NCBI GenBank assembly: GCA_951406725.2
Contig: OX597819.1
Span: forward strand, 1,674,001 to 1,738,000
From: Octopus vulgaris
Taxonomy: Eukaryota
Length of the DNA stretch: 64,000 nucleotides
Direction: 5' to 3'
The position numbers and the translations under genes were made by a program. Of the stretch, positions 1-14,841 are shown piece after piece. The notes under the pieces were generated by a model that made no database searches, was not told the origin of the DNA, and saw only the letters and a list, made by a program, of their open reading frames with translations. How positions within the stretch are numbered: the first letter of the stretch is position 1; every line of letters begins with the position of its first letter.

Positions 1-586
1 GAACCTCGAAGAAGAGTACGAGTACGGTGACTTTAATTTTGTGACGCAATGTATCACAGGTTGCCGAGGTGATATTAACGTAATCTTTATTCATTCTATA
101 TCACAGTTGTGATAACTGAATTATCGTAACCAGCCACATTTTAGGCCTTTATGTTATGGAGACTATAATTACACAAATTAGTAATTAAATGTCTAAATAT
201 CTCAGATAAGTTGTAGTTATTAAGATAACATGACTACTTGATGATCATTATTAAAGGACTGATTAAACTATTGTGTAATTATATATTGTAAATAATTACT
301 GAAGGTTAGCTATTCAGCTACTTATCCACGAATGCGGATAAATTAAATAGTGTGACCTTTTTCTGATCAGAGGTATGCAATAACAGTTGGTCAGCATAGT
401 TGATATGGAGAGTGAAAGACAATTATACCTTATTTTATGGGTTCTGGGATTACGAATAGAAATGTCAGATTTCAGCTCCAATTCAAAATGTAAAAGGCCG
501 CAACTAAATATTTTATAGCGTTTTGTCAATGGTCTAATTATTCTGTCAATACACCATACACCATACCTATAGATATGATTAAAATA

Positions 587-700
<114 letters not shown>

Positions 701-1700
701 GCATGTGTTTCGTCTCTGTGTGTTTAGCATGGTTGTTTTTATGCATATAACACGTAGTCCCCAAGCAGTGTCCGATTCAAATATGCATCAGAATCTTAGA
801 GAGAATGAAATTTCAACAGTTAGTGCAATAAATACATTTAGATAGATTCAATTTAGAGTATATGAGGCCCCTTTATTACATTCTGTTGAAAAAGTGCATT
901 CATTACCATATTTTTTAAACTCTTCTCAAAACCATCGAATTTCCCAATTTGTTGAACACTTTCCTATGTTCATTATGGTGGAAACAACAGATGAGTGAGC
1001 ATAAGTTATAAGTGAATTAAGATTTTAAAAAAAGTAATGATGCTTTGAAACTTTGAATCTTATAATGTAAGTCTGAATTTTTAGAATCAAGTAGTGTACG
1101 ATATATTAGCTTTAACCAAATCTGACGACATTTAATAAATTCAGAACATAGAAAACAATGAGGATGCTAATTTTACTGCCCTACTTTGTGTTCGCATCTA
1201 AAAATATATAATACAAAAATTATTGTTATTTATATGCTTAATTCACATAAATCTAATAACGAGGTATCTTTAATATATTGATATAATTTGGACTGCTACT
1301 CTATCTGCGTGACTCCATTAGCAAGTGTTAGCATTAATTCAAAGTACAGTTTTTGAATTAAAAGTCATTAATATTGTGGTTTAATGTAAATAGAATATTA
1401 CATTGAAAAAATAAATGCAACTAGAGAAGCTAATCTAAATGAAAATGAACAGAAGGCGATATTCATTACGAAATTATCTTTGTATCACTGGTTTGATATA
1501 TTTTCTTTAATTTAAAAAGCATGTATAGAAATTGTGTAATAAAAACAAACGTGAAATATAAAAAATATAATAATCTTACCAGGATTTCCTCGAAGGTTTC
1601 AAATCTTTTGATTGGAAGTCATGAAACAAAACCAACTGTATTTCTTGAGTTTAATTGTGAGGAAGAACCAGTCAGAAATAAATAATTAAATAGATAGATC

Positions 1701-1747
<47 letters not shown>

Positions 1748-1748
<1 letters not shown>

Positions 1749-1880
1749 CCTTTCTACTATAGGCACAAGGCCTGAAATTTTGGGGAGGGTAAGTCGATTG
1801 CATCGACCCCCGTGCGTAACAGATACTTATTTAATCGACCCCGAAGGGATGAAAGGCAAAGTCGACCTCTGCGGAATTTG
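1748..1880 (-). mobile_element. 5'-truncated tRNA-derived SINE (same family as 46668-46898)
   Basis: Reverse complement of the family core gaggtcgactttgcctttcatcctttcggggtcgat; flanked by (TAA)n. Confidence 0.9.
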
Positions 1881-1915
<35 letters not shown>

Positions 1916-1917
<2 letters not shown>

Positions 1918-2727
1918 AATAAAAAAAGGACAGGAAGAAGAATTACGCAATAAGGGACTGCACAATCAATTCCACAACAGAAGTTGCTGGAAAAATAGAT
2001 GGGATTGGCTGATGAAAGGAACCCTAAAAAAAGAAACCGTGAGATCTGTACTGACAGTGCAGGACTAAGCTTTGGCCACGAACTGGAGGGTCAACCTGAG
2101 GAATGAGCAAGTGTTTCTACTGTGCCGCATCTGCAATAGAGTGGGTGAAACCATAACACATATCACGAACAAATAACCTAGACTTGCCCAAAACCACTAA
2201 AAGCTGTGGCGACACAGTCATGTGCGAAAGTGCTACATTGGAAAAGTAGGAGATAGAGAGAGGCAAGACATGGTATGATCACAAACCGCAGAAAGTGGCA
2301 GAGACTAGCAAAATCCTCTGGGATTTCCCAATCTAACCAGATCAAGTGCTAGAGCATAACAGACCAGGCCTAGTGGTGGTGGACAAGGTACACCACATAT
2401 GCTATATAGTCGATGTTGTATGGCCCTTTGACCCACGAATAGTCAAGAAGGAAGGCGAAAAGATAGGTAGATACAACCCTCTAAAGTACGAAATAGCCCG
2501 GCTACGGGAAATGAAGAAGGTGAAGATAGTGCCAATTATTGTTGGATCCTTCGGAACAGTATCAGAAGACATCAAGAGGAATACAAAGGAAATTGGAATA
2601 GAGTGCCTCCTTGGCACAGCCAGAATAATTCGGAAAGTCGCAGATAGCTGAAAAGAGCGAATAGCATTGTACCGCAGGCTGCAGGTAGTAAGCCCGCTAC
2701 GCATGCAAAACATGTGATAAAGTGGTG
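1916..2727 (+). mobile_element. 5'-truncated R4/Dong-clade non-LTR retrotransposon: CCHC zinc finger + restriction-like endonuclease + 3' UTR, decayed
   Basis: Translation gives WDWLMKGTLKKET, CRIC..VGETITHI, WYDHKPQKV..KILWDFPI, HNRPGLVVVDK..CYIVDVVWPFD..EGEKIGRY, VPIIVGSFG, LLGTARIIRKV, with internal stops. Both ends lie in TAA repeats. Confidence 0.9.
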
Positions 2728-2746
2728 ATAATAAGAATAATAATAG

Positions 2747-3006
<260 letters not shown>

Positions 3007-3023
3007 TAATAATAATAATAATG

Positions 3024-3572
3024 ATGCAGTACCAGGCAGTGGCTCTCATGGCTTCTGATCTTAACTGATTGGAAGTGTTATCATGTACATTGTTTTGTCT
3101 TGGTATAAAAGATGGGCTACAGCAAATATTCTGCTCAATACCACAGATTTGCTTGTCAATTGTTTGACCTTAACCAGTTGAGCATGTCCCTTAGTGGCTG
3201 ACGATATGTGCATCTCTGATCACGAGCAGAAGTAGTGGGGGAGCATCATAGCCATGTGTTGATAGGGATTCTTTGGAGTTTGAATAGTTCACCTCTGGAA
3301 ACATGGGTGGTTCTTTCAACATCCTTAAACAACCCTTATTCAGGGACCTTTTGAGCGGGATGGGCTACTCAACCTGAAGAAAATTCTAACTGGGCCCCAC
3401 CTGCAAGGTCATGTGCTGTTTATCTTGATATGAGATCACCATGTCGCGCACATATGGTTGTGATGCATGTGCCTGGTGTACCTTTATCAGACGGGTAGTC
3501 ATGATGGGTATATTGGGCTTCGTATATTTTACCCCAGTGTCCACTTTGATGGCATGAACTGCTCTCTCACTC
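3024..3572 (+). mobile_element. ~550-bp non-coding (TAA)n-inserted retroposon, copy 1
   Basis: atgcagtaccaggcagtggctctcatgg...ctgctctctcactc(aat)n recurs five times in the window; flanked by (TAA)n. Confidence 0.9.
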
Positions 3573-3921
3573 AATAATAATAATATTCAAAATTCTAATT
3601 ATTGCTAAAGAATGACACATTGCATGGCTTAAATCTTAAAATATACTGTATAAAATTTCTCAAACACACATTAACCTTAGCAACAATTCATAATATTTAT
3701 GTTTAGAATAGAATCGGTAAGTGGAAATTTAAATATAAACTAGAAATTAAATGCAGACCAGTCTCAGTCCAGAAAATGAACTCTTAATGTTTACTGTAGC
3801 CTGCAGCCCCACCCGCCAACATTTCGATTTCAAAAGTTTCATCATAACAACGAATTACCCGTCTATCCTATGATGTCGTATGAATAAATGCACAAGCAAG
3901 ACCCCTCATGTATACATACAT

Positions 3922-4007
<86 letters not shown>

Positions 4008-6615
4008 GTGTGTGTATGTGTGTGTGTTTGTATATCTCTGTCTCTCTCTATATATAAACAAATTAGCTTATACACATACAAACACGCAATTATATCAATA
4101 CCAATACAAATGGTACTGAATCTTCTGATGTGGAGAAAATGTAACGTCTTTTGTAAAGAATTATCTTAATATCGAGCAAGTTAAGGTTGTTGATAATTTA
4201 ATGATCCTATTAATTCGTATGAGACTCTATACTCACGATTTACATTACTTTGTGTACTACTTTTATTTAAGTGCAGATTAGTTGCTGAGTCAGTTAAAAG
4301 GATGTATTCACACTTGTATGCAAGGAATGTCATGTCTAAGAATAAAGAACTTGTAGCTGATAAGCGGACATTTTCCAAGAATCCTGTTGTCGATTGTAAA
4401 ATCTTATCAAAATATTAGTGATTCAATCTACTACCGGATGAAAGGAGTGTCTATGTCATGTATTAATATACAATTATGGATCACACTTTTAGATATTTAC
4501 TTATTTTAGACCAAAAATTCACACATTCAGACATATACTTGGAAAGCAGATTAGTTGAAACTTCTTGACAAGATAGTTAAAATCTATGTCAACAGTATTT
4601 ATTCGAACGCGTAAACGTAAATATTTGAGACCTGACGTTAGCAAGTGAATAACACAAAAGAACATCAGCAAATATATGTCAGGTACGAAACAAATAAGCT
4701 GAAAATCATCTTAGAGCACAGCACAGAAAAAGCAACTGAAAGAAATACAAACACCGTTTTAAATATAAAAGGTAACATTATAGATTTTGATAGACATGTT
4801 GATGACATAAGTAAGTGTATCGGCATTAGATATCAGAAAGGAATTCAAAGCTTCATGAAATGACTAGTCCACTAGCAGTGATTTAATAGAAGGATCAAAG
4901 ATTTGTGATATATTTTATTAACTGTGATCAATAAATTAAAAGTATTTCACCCAAATATGGCTCAGATCTGTGACATCAATATTTATGCAGAAATTAGCTT
5001 GTTATCCTGTAGTATACATTATTAAAGGTGTTATCTTTTTATTATGGAAATCATTTTTCATTGCTACTTTGCATAATAAATGGAATAACTCTACAAATGT
5101 ACAGATGAATCAGATTAACTGATGCGCTGTGCAACTTGTTACATGTGAAATTTTGAGTACATGAATTTTCGAAATGCCAATATTTTGTGTCATCTAGAGA
5201 CTTCGTGATGCAATTGCTTATCTTTACAGCTGTCTAGGCAAATAATCTACAAAGAAACTAAGTAAACATAATTTGCTGATTACGTTAATGCATTCAGTTC
5301 AACCTTTCCATTCAGTGTAGACCGCGTTTCTTTATAGTCCCATTATGAAGAAAACCCTCATTTAAAGTCTTAAAAACTAGGGTAACATTGTAACAGTATC
5401 CAGAAGTTAAATTCATTAACGCTGATAGTCATACCGAAAATGTGCAAAGCGAACACACATAGTTAATTGGTATTTTAAGAATATTTTCTTATGAGGTTAC
5501 ATACTATGCTTTTGATTTGCTTTCTGTTCCCCGTTTTGTGGAGGTATGATTTACAGAAATGTAAACTTCAAGAAAGTCAAATTTTGATATTCTATCAATA
5601 AACCAATTTAAAAATAGGAATAAATTCGATAAATGTTTGAAGAACCTACAATTTGAAAAAGCATTATATGAAAGTCGACTTTGGAGATTAGCAATAAAAA
5701 CAGAGAAGTAAGAAATACTTTCAAAATCAGAAAAAGTATTGTCAGGTAATATTTTTGGCAGTAGTTTCTTGCTAGATAGAGGAAAGAATAAACCGAGCAA
5801 AATAATCTTATTGTTAATAAAATAATTTATACTTACTGTGTCTTATAATCTTAAAGAACGTAATGCTACCTTTTTCAACTCATGTATATGTAACCCAAAC
5901 TAACTATACAAAATCAAATGATGCACAGTAGTGTGCAACTTTTTGATAATGGAATATGAAAAAAAAATTCAAATGAGAAAAGATAATGTTTAAATCTAAA
6001 AATATCCAACAAGCAATCAGAAATCAATATAAAGACGTATATGAAAAGAGAGGCAGTATAATAAAATCTATGATGAGATAATACATTTAAGAGTATAACA
6101 AGTATGGAATCATTTCATTTAAATTAAAGTAATTAAAATATTTCCGCGGAAAATTAATTACTATTGTGCGAATTAAAGTTTAAAGCTTTCGCGTAATGTT
6201 AGTATAAGACACTGTTTTAATTTGGTAATTATAAATAATAACGAACGCGATAGAGAATGTATCAAAGAAGTACATGGAGTCATTTTATCAGTGAAGGAGA
6301 CTCTGTGTGTGTGTGTGTGAGTGGATGCTCCTCGCGTGCACGTGTGTGAGGGTGTATGTGAGAGAAAAAGATAGAGAATAGATCGTTTTAAGCAGTTTGT
6401 TCAGATCGAATTTCTGCATGACGTAAATTTGAGGATCAATATGGGGGAAAAAAATTTCCAAAAACAATCAGATCTTCGGGAAGGAAATATTAGGACGATT
6501 CAGAAGAGATGATGATAGATGCATCTTGTGAATTTAGTGGATAGTGTATAGTTCTCGATGTTGAAAATGGTGTAGTAGTATTAAGAGAAATGGAATCATA
6601 ACAAGTAATGTATAT

Positions 6616-6674
<59 letters not shown>

Positions 6675-9600
6675 TGAAAAATATTCAAAGAGAAATATAC
6701 ATTAGGGGTGGAAAAGAACATAACATGTTAGTGGTCTCATGCTTGCAGAATGTTCATATGTTAGGTTCAACTAGTGTTTCTGCTTAATATTCTAATACAG
6801 CCTTATATGTGTTTTGGTTGAATAATATTTCAGTAGTAGAAAATCTTGTCTTGGTGTTATAAACATGTGATTCTTATGATGACATCAGTGTTTGCAAAGC
6901 TTAGTTTTTGTAGAAAACGTACGTTTTAGCAGATGTTATCCACAAGTTTGGAAAGTATGGATGTTGTGAATGTGCGTCCTTATGTATTTACTGTATTCAT
7001 ACTTTCGAATGAAATGTTTGCTTCTTCATTCTATAATGTATTCTGGGTCCTTGTTCTTTGAAAATAAATATACAGTCCTGACGAATTTTGTTGAAATCTG
7101 TCGCAAAGGCGCCGGTGCGACAAGTGCTAAGGCGGAAAATAGTAATATCATGTACACGAGTGTAAATAAAATGATTAGATATATAGATAGAAGCATGTTA
7201 TCACGGAGAAGATAGCTTACCAAAATTCTAATGTACTCCGGTGATGAAACAAGTATGACCCTAAAGTGTATTTACGCACAAATCTAGAAAATGAAGGATG
7301 ATATATTGGGTATAGAGTTTTAAATGCAGAGGAGACTGCATTCATCCAAGTTCTTTAGTGCAAGATATTAGCACAGAAGGAATAAAATTAACTTCTACAG
7401 ACACTATGTTTGATCATAGGCGTACAAATGTGACAAAATGAAATGCTAGTTTATAACCAAGTATCTACATTGGAGTAGACACAAAATTAAGCTTCAATTG
7501 TTTAACCATCTTTTCGCTTTTAAACTGGAAATGGTGTGTTCAGAAGGATATTTGTTGCATGAATTGGACTAGAATTGGAAGACTAGACCTGGAAGTAAAT
7601 TTACGATAAGTATTTTGTCTACATAAACAATGTCTGAGGTCTGTTGATGTGCATTCAGTAAGAAACCAAAAATTTGGGGCATCATTTTGGAAGAGATGAC
7701 TTGTAGAGACAATTTTCTCCTTTGATTACTTGATGGTAGAACTCATATAACTATATAGTTAGAAAGAGTAAATGAGAGCAACCGATTTTGGGAGAAAGTG
7801 ATAAACGTCTTTCTCCTATGGAGCTTGTGTATCATGAGGATGGGGCAGTTATAAAAGGAAATATGAAGTTTAACGTCAGATTTCCATAGAAATATGTCTG
7901 TTAAAACATTCGGTCCATCCACATTGAATATTTATTATTCAATCGAATATTTATTATTAATTTGAAGTGAAATGAATATATATTTTTTTGCATACATTAA
8001 TGGAATTACATATTATACTTAATCGATCAAGGTATATAGTTCTCAGGGGGTAGTAAGGTAATCTCATAAATAATTACTTTAAAATTATTAGAAAAGTCCT
8101 TGAAAGCCATCTTTTAAATAACTATTTTGTTTAAATGACACTTTTGTGAAAAGGTAAGTAGTTTTTTTTTCCTTTGCAACAGTTTCAAATTTATCTACCA
8201 TTAACACTTTGATACACTAACTACGCTTCTCTGATAAATGTTCATGTTTTCCTACCAACTTGATGCTTTCCAAGTGCAGAAAGACTTCCAGTGACAAGAA
8301 CCGCTGATACATTTATGAATTGGAGTGTATTTAAAACTATATCGTTTGGTTTATGTACATTCTATTTTGATTTTACCACATTAATTTATCTACACGCCGA
8401 GCAAATCGAACATAAAATGGTAATATCAATAAAAATTAATTGCTTATTACATTAGTTTTCTGTATTGATATTGCCGTTTCTCATATATTATTCTATTATC
8501 TTTATTTACTACTCACTTCATTACCCAATTTTACTATTATTTTTAAATTATCAAACAAAATATATTAAGCACTTTTTTTATAAAATGATTGTGGTTCACA
8601 GATTATCAATTGCAGCATGTTAAATTATCGTTTGCGATTCTCTGCATTAAGACTGATACATTAATTATATTTTATGGAAGATCATCAAAATTTAATTCTT
8701 AGAACCTACAGTTCTAAGAACAAAATTAGTGAAAGATATGAATGGCAATATTTATTATACAACACTTTTATATATGAAGATAACTAATGAAAATTAGTGA
8801 ATATTCTGTGTAAATAGAATTTAAAGTAAGCCAAACGATTTAGTAAAGCAATCTAACTGGATTGTATTGTGATTGTCTATTGAAAGTACATTTGGGAAAG
8901 AATAATTAGACAACTTTTCAATTAAATTCATACTGTCATATGATTTTTTTCCGAAATGTACATCATATAGTCAATTTTTTAAAATTGAAATATATTCAAT
9001 TGACCTTTGCTTTCTTATTAGCACTTGAGATGCTCATTATCTAAACTGTAATTTATCCTATTTCTTAAAAGAAAAATAGGAGCTTTAATTTGTAAATATA
9101 TTTTCTTCAAAACTGTATTCACTTTGTGCTCATATAATCTTAATGCTCTTCTCTTTCATATATTGGATTCAGAACCCATTTCTTTCACATATTCTTCTTT
9201 GTCATTTCTGTCTTTTATTTCTTTTAAAAATTATTTCGAATTAATATTAAACATTTCTTTGAAAGCGGGACGCTAAATGGCTCCCAAACAATGATTTCAA
9301 ACAGAAATATTTATGAGCTCTAATAATTTCACTTGTATTTAAGATATATAATTTCATTTATTAGCTTTCTTTTCGGTTTACCTTCCTCTTTTGTTTTAGT
9401 TTATTCAAACAAAAGGATGTTTTATAAAAAAATGGGATTTGGCTATAGCATAATGCTATATCTGTTTTATTATCTGAATAGCTCCGATTAAAAATTACAA
9501 ATTATGTTACTAAAATGTTTCATTATACGTAAAGTAAATATTCTTTTTTGAGGATTGTAATACTTCATTTTCTTAAAAAGAAGAATTTTAAGAAATGAAT

Positions 9601-11079
9601 ATTTTTTAGGCTTTAATTTTTAGTATTAGTACCGAAGTATATAATTCTATTTCTTGCAAATACAAAACATCAACTATTAACGAGGCGCGAATGCGATATA
9701 ATTGTTCCTTGTAAATGCAGCTTTCTACGAGTTACGTTATATAAGATGCTAAATAATTGCCCTATTCCTTTCCACCAAATACTTTTCATATCTCTATGCA
9801 GATGAGATAAAAACGTAGCCTAGCTTGTTAGTACATATTAGCAGGTAGGAATATCAATATTATCATATACTATCGCAAACTATACAACTCTGACATTATA
9901 ATTAGACTATAATAATGAACGAGAAATATTTAAATTGATATCTATATCAATCAATTTTTGTCAAATGCAGTTCACAATAATATAAAATTAAACATTAACT
10001 CCGGTCTAAACAGTTAAGCAAGAAATCACATTTACTAAACAGACATATGAACACCTAACTTAAACACATCCGGCAGAAATCGTAATATATGAAAACTAAA
10101 GCGAACGAACGTTTAACACCAACTCATTCAATAACGAAAGAGTAGCAGTTTATTACAAGATTTGAACCCTAATTTCCGCACAGGTTGTTACAATGTAGAA
10201 AGGAATCAAATAGATGCTCGACTAAAATAAACATATTTTTTTGTCTTTACTGTACACCATAGCACGATTTGAAACGTTACTTAAAATATGTGCGATTACT
10301 CAAATAGATTATTACTGTAATTCTCTTGTATGAAACTCTGAAAAATAGGACAGTTTATATATATAGAATACTTTTGTGGTAAACCTACAGTGCAAGGAGA
10401 AGTGAAAGATTTAGCTGGGGTATTATAAGTGCATTTATTTCATGGGGCATTAACTAAGAAAGCTCGAAGCAAATTCAAAAGAAAGTGCAAATTAGTTAAA
10501 GCCTTTATTAAAAAAAAACTGGAATATCGATAAAAGAGATTTAAATATCTTTGATGGTAATACTTATGAGAGAAAGCAGTCTTTAGTTTACGATTATGGT
10601 GTAGGAGATCAACAATGTATATATCGTATATCCAAAACATTTAGCATTAAGAATGAAGCAAACATTATAAAGTGTGCGGTCGTTAGATCATTGGTAATTA
10701 ATAATGGTTTTTGTTTTAGTCTTGAGAGCTGACACTCAAAATAGAGGGTGGAGGAGGGAAAGAAATTTACATAAAAACGAATTTCTGTTTTGGGGGATAG
10801 TCATCTAAGAAAGCCAAATACAATTCAGAATTACTCCAAGGACAAGTGCTTTGTCACAACTTCAATCAATGGCCTACAGTTTTATATAAAGACAAGCCTT
10901 ATTCAATCAGGCCATATTCACTTCTGTCTCATCCTTTCACCAAATTTACTCTAAAGAAGTCCCTATCCGGACACGCCTTCCCGTTCGAGTGAAATTTAAA
11001 AAACTGGTAAGAAAAGGAAAAAAAAAATGTCCTCATATCATTTATATCAATACAACGAATTGTATTTATATCAATACAA

Positions 11080-11550
11080 CCAGAGTTGGGCAATTCTTGC
11101 AAAGTCTGTGCGTATGCATAGATACGATCAAGTAAATTTTTGTGTCCAATATGTAATATGCTTTGACACTTCAGCGTCAAAACAAGTTAAGTGTACAAAT
11201 CATTAACCAAGTATAAACCATTATCCAAGTATATGACAACGGCCTGGAAGCAATTATCTGAAATATGCTTATCCTGATTGGAAAAAAATAAGTCAAACTG
11301 TCCAGACATAATATAAACTGTATAATGGAGTACTAAATTCATTGTGCTTAAATAGAAATATTTGATCCCTTCTGAACAAAAATACCACCTGGTGTGAGAT
11401 CAGAGTCAATCGACCTAAAAAGATCTCACTAATGACAGAACAAACATGGTGTGGGACATAAAAGTGAATACACCAGTGGTAACTAGAGCACAAAATATAA
11501 TGAAAAAGAACGTGAAAAACCATAACATGGTTCACAACTCTAATTAACAA
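11080..11550 (+). mobile_element. Decayed R4-type RLE domain fragment
   Basis: Degenerate translations AILAKSVRMHRYDQV, NCPDII and VWDIKVNTPVVTRA; ends near a (TAA)n tract. Confidence 0.55.
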
Positions 11551-11588
11551 TGCTGTTAATTACAAACACACTTCTCTGCACAAGACAC

Positions 11589-11644
<56 letters not shown>

Positions 11645-11743
11645 TATTATTATTATTATTATTTGCCCTAGGAGTCGGGAAGACGCTCGGCAAGAAATGG
11701 AAGCAAATTTGAAAGAAGAAGGAAAAAAAACAATAATAATAAT

Positions 11744-12248
11744 TACCAGGCAGTTTCTCATCTTTACTGAATAGAAGTGTTTTGTACATAGTTTTGTCTT
11801 GGTATAAAAGATGGGCTACAGCAAATGTTCTGTTCAATACCACATATTTCAGTGTCAGTTGTTTGACCGTAACCAGTTGAGCATCTCTCTTAGTGGCTGA
11901 CGATGTGTGCATCTCTGACTATGAGCAGAAGTAGTGGGGGAGCATCATAGCCATGTGTTGGGGAGAATTCTTTGGTGTATAGATAATTCACCTCTGGAAA
12001 TATGGGTGATTCGTTCAACATCCTTAAACAATCCTTATTTCAGCAGAATGAGGCTACTTGACCTGAAGAAAATTCTAACTGGGTCCCACTTGCAAGGTCA
12101 TGTGCCGTTTATCTTGATATGAGATCACTATGTCGCGCACATATGGTTTTGATGCATGTGCCTGGTTTACCCTTATCATGATGGGTGTACTGGGTTTCGA
12201 ATATTTTATCCCAGTATCACTTTGATAGCATGCACTGCTCTCTCACTC
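11744..12248 (+). mobile_element. (TAA)n-inserted ~550-bp element, copy 2 (older, small deletions)
   Basis: Colinear similarity to 3024-3572; same 3' end ctctcactc(aat)n. Confidence 0.9.
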
Positions 12249-12255
12249 AATAATG

Positions 12256-12313
<58 letters not shown>

Positions 12314-12329
12314 TAGGACTAACATTGGA

Positions 12330-12490
12330 GCGGAAGCGGAAGTAGATTACATCGGCCCTAGAACTCGACAGGTATAAATTTCATTGACTCTGAAAGGACA
12401 AAAGGCAAAATGGATCTCGGCGGAATTTGAATTCAGAACGTAAAGGCAAATAAAATGTTGCTAAGCATTCTGCTCGGTGTGCTAACGATT
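12330..12490 (-). mobile_element. Diverged SINE
   Basis: aaaggcaaaatggatctcggcggaatttgaattcagaacgtaa...gctaagcattctgctcggtgtgctaacgatt is the reverse complement of the SINE head and core. Confidence 0.75.
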
Positions 12491-13700
12491 TTGATTATAT
12501 GGAACTATAAGAAAAAGACAAATTGACCTCGTAAAATATGATGATATAATCTATTATTCTTATATTTTGAAGACACTCAGAATACTCAAAATACTCAAAA
12601 TAATATCAGTGCAGTGATATGAGTATGCATGGGAAGTCGGGAAGCGGAAATAGCAAGCGGTAGACAGCTGTTAAAATATCATCGAAGGTGATAGAGTATC
12701 ACCTCTACTGTTTGTTTTTGCTGTCATACCACTCATCCTATAACTGAGCAAAGGAAAAGACCAGGAGACAGTTAACTTCATGCTGTACACTTATGACACA
12801 AAATTACATGGCAAGAGCGAGAAGGAATTGTATACCTTTGTCACTATTGTGTGAATGCTTAACAATATGCTACTTCCAATTATGGAATACTTGAAATGAA
12901 GAAAGTGCAATACTATTAAATTTACTGAATATTTCTGCTTAACGAGAAGTGAACGATTGACACAAATGATGGATATAAATATCTGGGAGTCTTGGAAGCT
13001 GATGACAAAAAGCATAGAATAATGAAAGATGGAATTAAAGAGTTAGGAGGTTACTAAAATCCAAACTCATTGCTATTGAAATAAATGCCATCAATGCAAT
13101 AATATGAAGATCTGTATGCATCACAATGTACCACTACAGAATAGCTAAGTGAACAAAGGAGGACCTTCAGAGCGTAGATCGGCAAAAAAAAAAAGATATT
13201 GCTGACGATACTCAGTACCTTACACCCACGAACAAGTGTTGAAAGATTTTATTTTTAACTGACAAAATGAAAGAAGAGGATTGATAAGCGCAGAAAATAT
13301 TGTGGAAGTAAAAATATAGTTCAAGAAAACGTTGCTGAGAGGGAAGAGACACTTCAGGTTACAAAAAAAGAGAGTAGATAGGTGAGGGAAGGGTTTCTTA
13401 AAGTAGTCAAGAGAATTGAGATCAGAGGTAGCTTCAATGGCTAATGAAATGGTTGTTAAAGAGAGAGACAGACGTGATACGTCAGGAAGAACAGAAATAA
13501 GGAAGACATTTCGGTTGAATGTAGAATGTATTGTGAAAGAGAAAAGACGGCATATAGTCTCCCACTGTAAAATTATTTCTGGACGAGCTTATGAGAACTG
13601 GATAGAGGACAAGGTTGCTACATACTGTGAAATAACAGAAGTTACATTGTATGGAATATACAGATATGCCATTAAACAGCAGATAAGAAGACGCGCAGTA
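12490..13700 (+). mobile_element. Decayed R4/Dong-clade reverse transcriptase through CCHC region
   Basis: EGDRVSPLLFVFAVIPL (QGDxLSPLLF), NFMLYTYDTKLHGKSEKEL (YxDD), GYKYLGVLEADD, LLKSKL..NAINA, HIVSHCKIISGRAYENW..DKVATY; many stops and frameshifts. Confidence 0.85.
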
Positions 13701-14841
13701 TTTTCTACATCTTAAATAACAAAAGTATTTTTTTATGCAATACTAAGTAACGGTAATGAAGCAGAATGGAATTGATTAGTTAAAAAATCACAGCTTAAGT
13801 TTTGAGCTAAAACTTTATGTCATTTAGAAACGTTCTCATCATGCAAATCCTAATCACTTCCATAAATTAAGAAATACATGAGTGCAGACATAAGAATACT
13901 CTAAAAATTTCTAAATATTGCGAAGGAATTATCACGACTCATGATTTCCAAGATATTCCAAAGATGTGATATATGAAAGGAAAGTTTAGATTTCACATAA
14001 TAAAAATAATTCTAACATTGACCAAAGATTGTCAGGGCTTGTAACTAAGTAAAGCATAGTCTTTTTTCCGCTGCTCTTCTGATTCTGCAAATCAGCCGTC
14101 AAAGTTAATAAAAAAATTTCCAATAACAAGAACATATAAATTTAGCTCGCATAAACTCTGAAATAAATACAGTAACATGAGCAAGACTAAAATTTGGAGG
14201 TAAATGAAGAAATTCCTTTCGTGTGGATCTCATTACATACAACTGATACTGACTTTTTATGTTATAGAGCATGATTTCAGACAAAATATATTGTTAAAAT
14301 AATATGAAACATATGAGTGAGGAAAACAAGCATATGGAACAAATTAGAAATGAACTTTTGAAAAACTATAAATAACGAAACTATCCCGGTATGTACAACT
14401 GATACTTGTGAATATCATGCGCAAAATGTTCTGTTCAAATAAGACACATGCATAAAAAAACGCACACACATAATTGTACACGTACGAAAATGAGACAGAA
14501 TGTCCAGACATGACAAAACAAATCGAAGTTTTTAATAGAAACTATTGGTAATTTATTTTTGAATACAAAAGAAAGAAAAACAGAAATAAAGTTAAAGCCT
14601 ACGCTTTTTGAAAATAAATAAACGACGTCAGTTACTAACTCATTCAGCAACAGAAACACTATCAACCCGACGAACATGTATGAAAGATTTCGTCCCGAGA
14701 TTTTATTGCAATCATTATACGGGAGTCATATAACATATATTTTAAATACGGTGCCCCATCAAAATTCTAGATCCGAGCAGAAATGCCTGTCAGAATCCGA
14801 AATCAAAATATCAAAATGGGACCAGTATTAAAGTGGTTTAA

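Noticed and set aside
1580-1635. Minus-strand micro-exon (tacag|...|gtaag; LVLFHDFQSKDLKPSRKS)
   Set aside because: Splice-like signals occur by chance; no recognisable product.
6370-7900. Purine-rich region possibly a decayed LINE or piggyBac
   Set aside because: No motif could be read convincingly.
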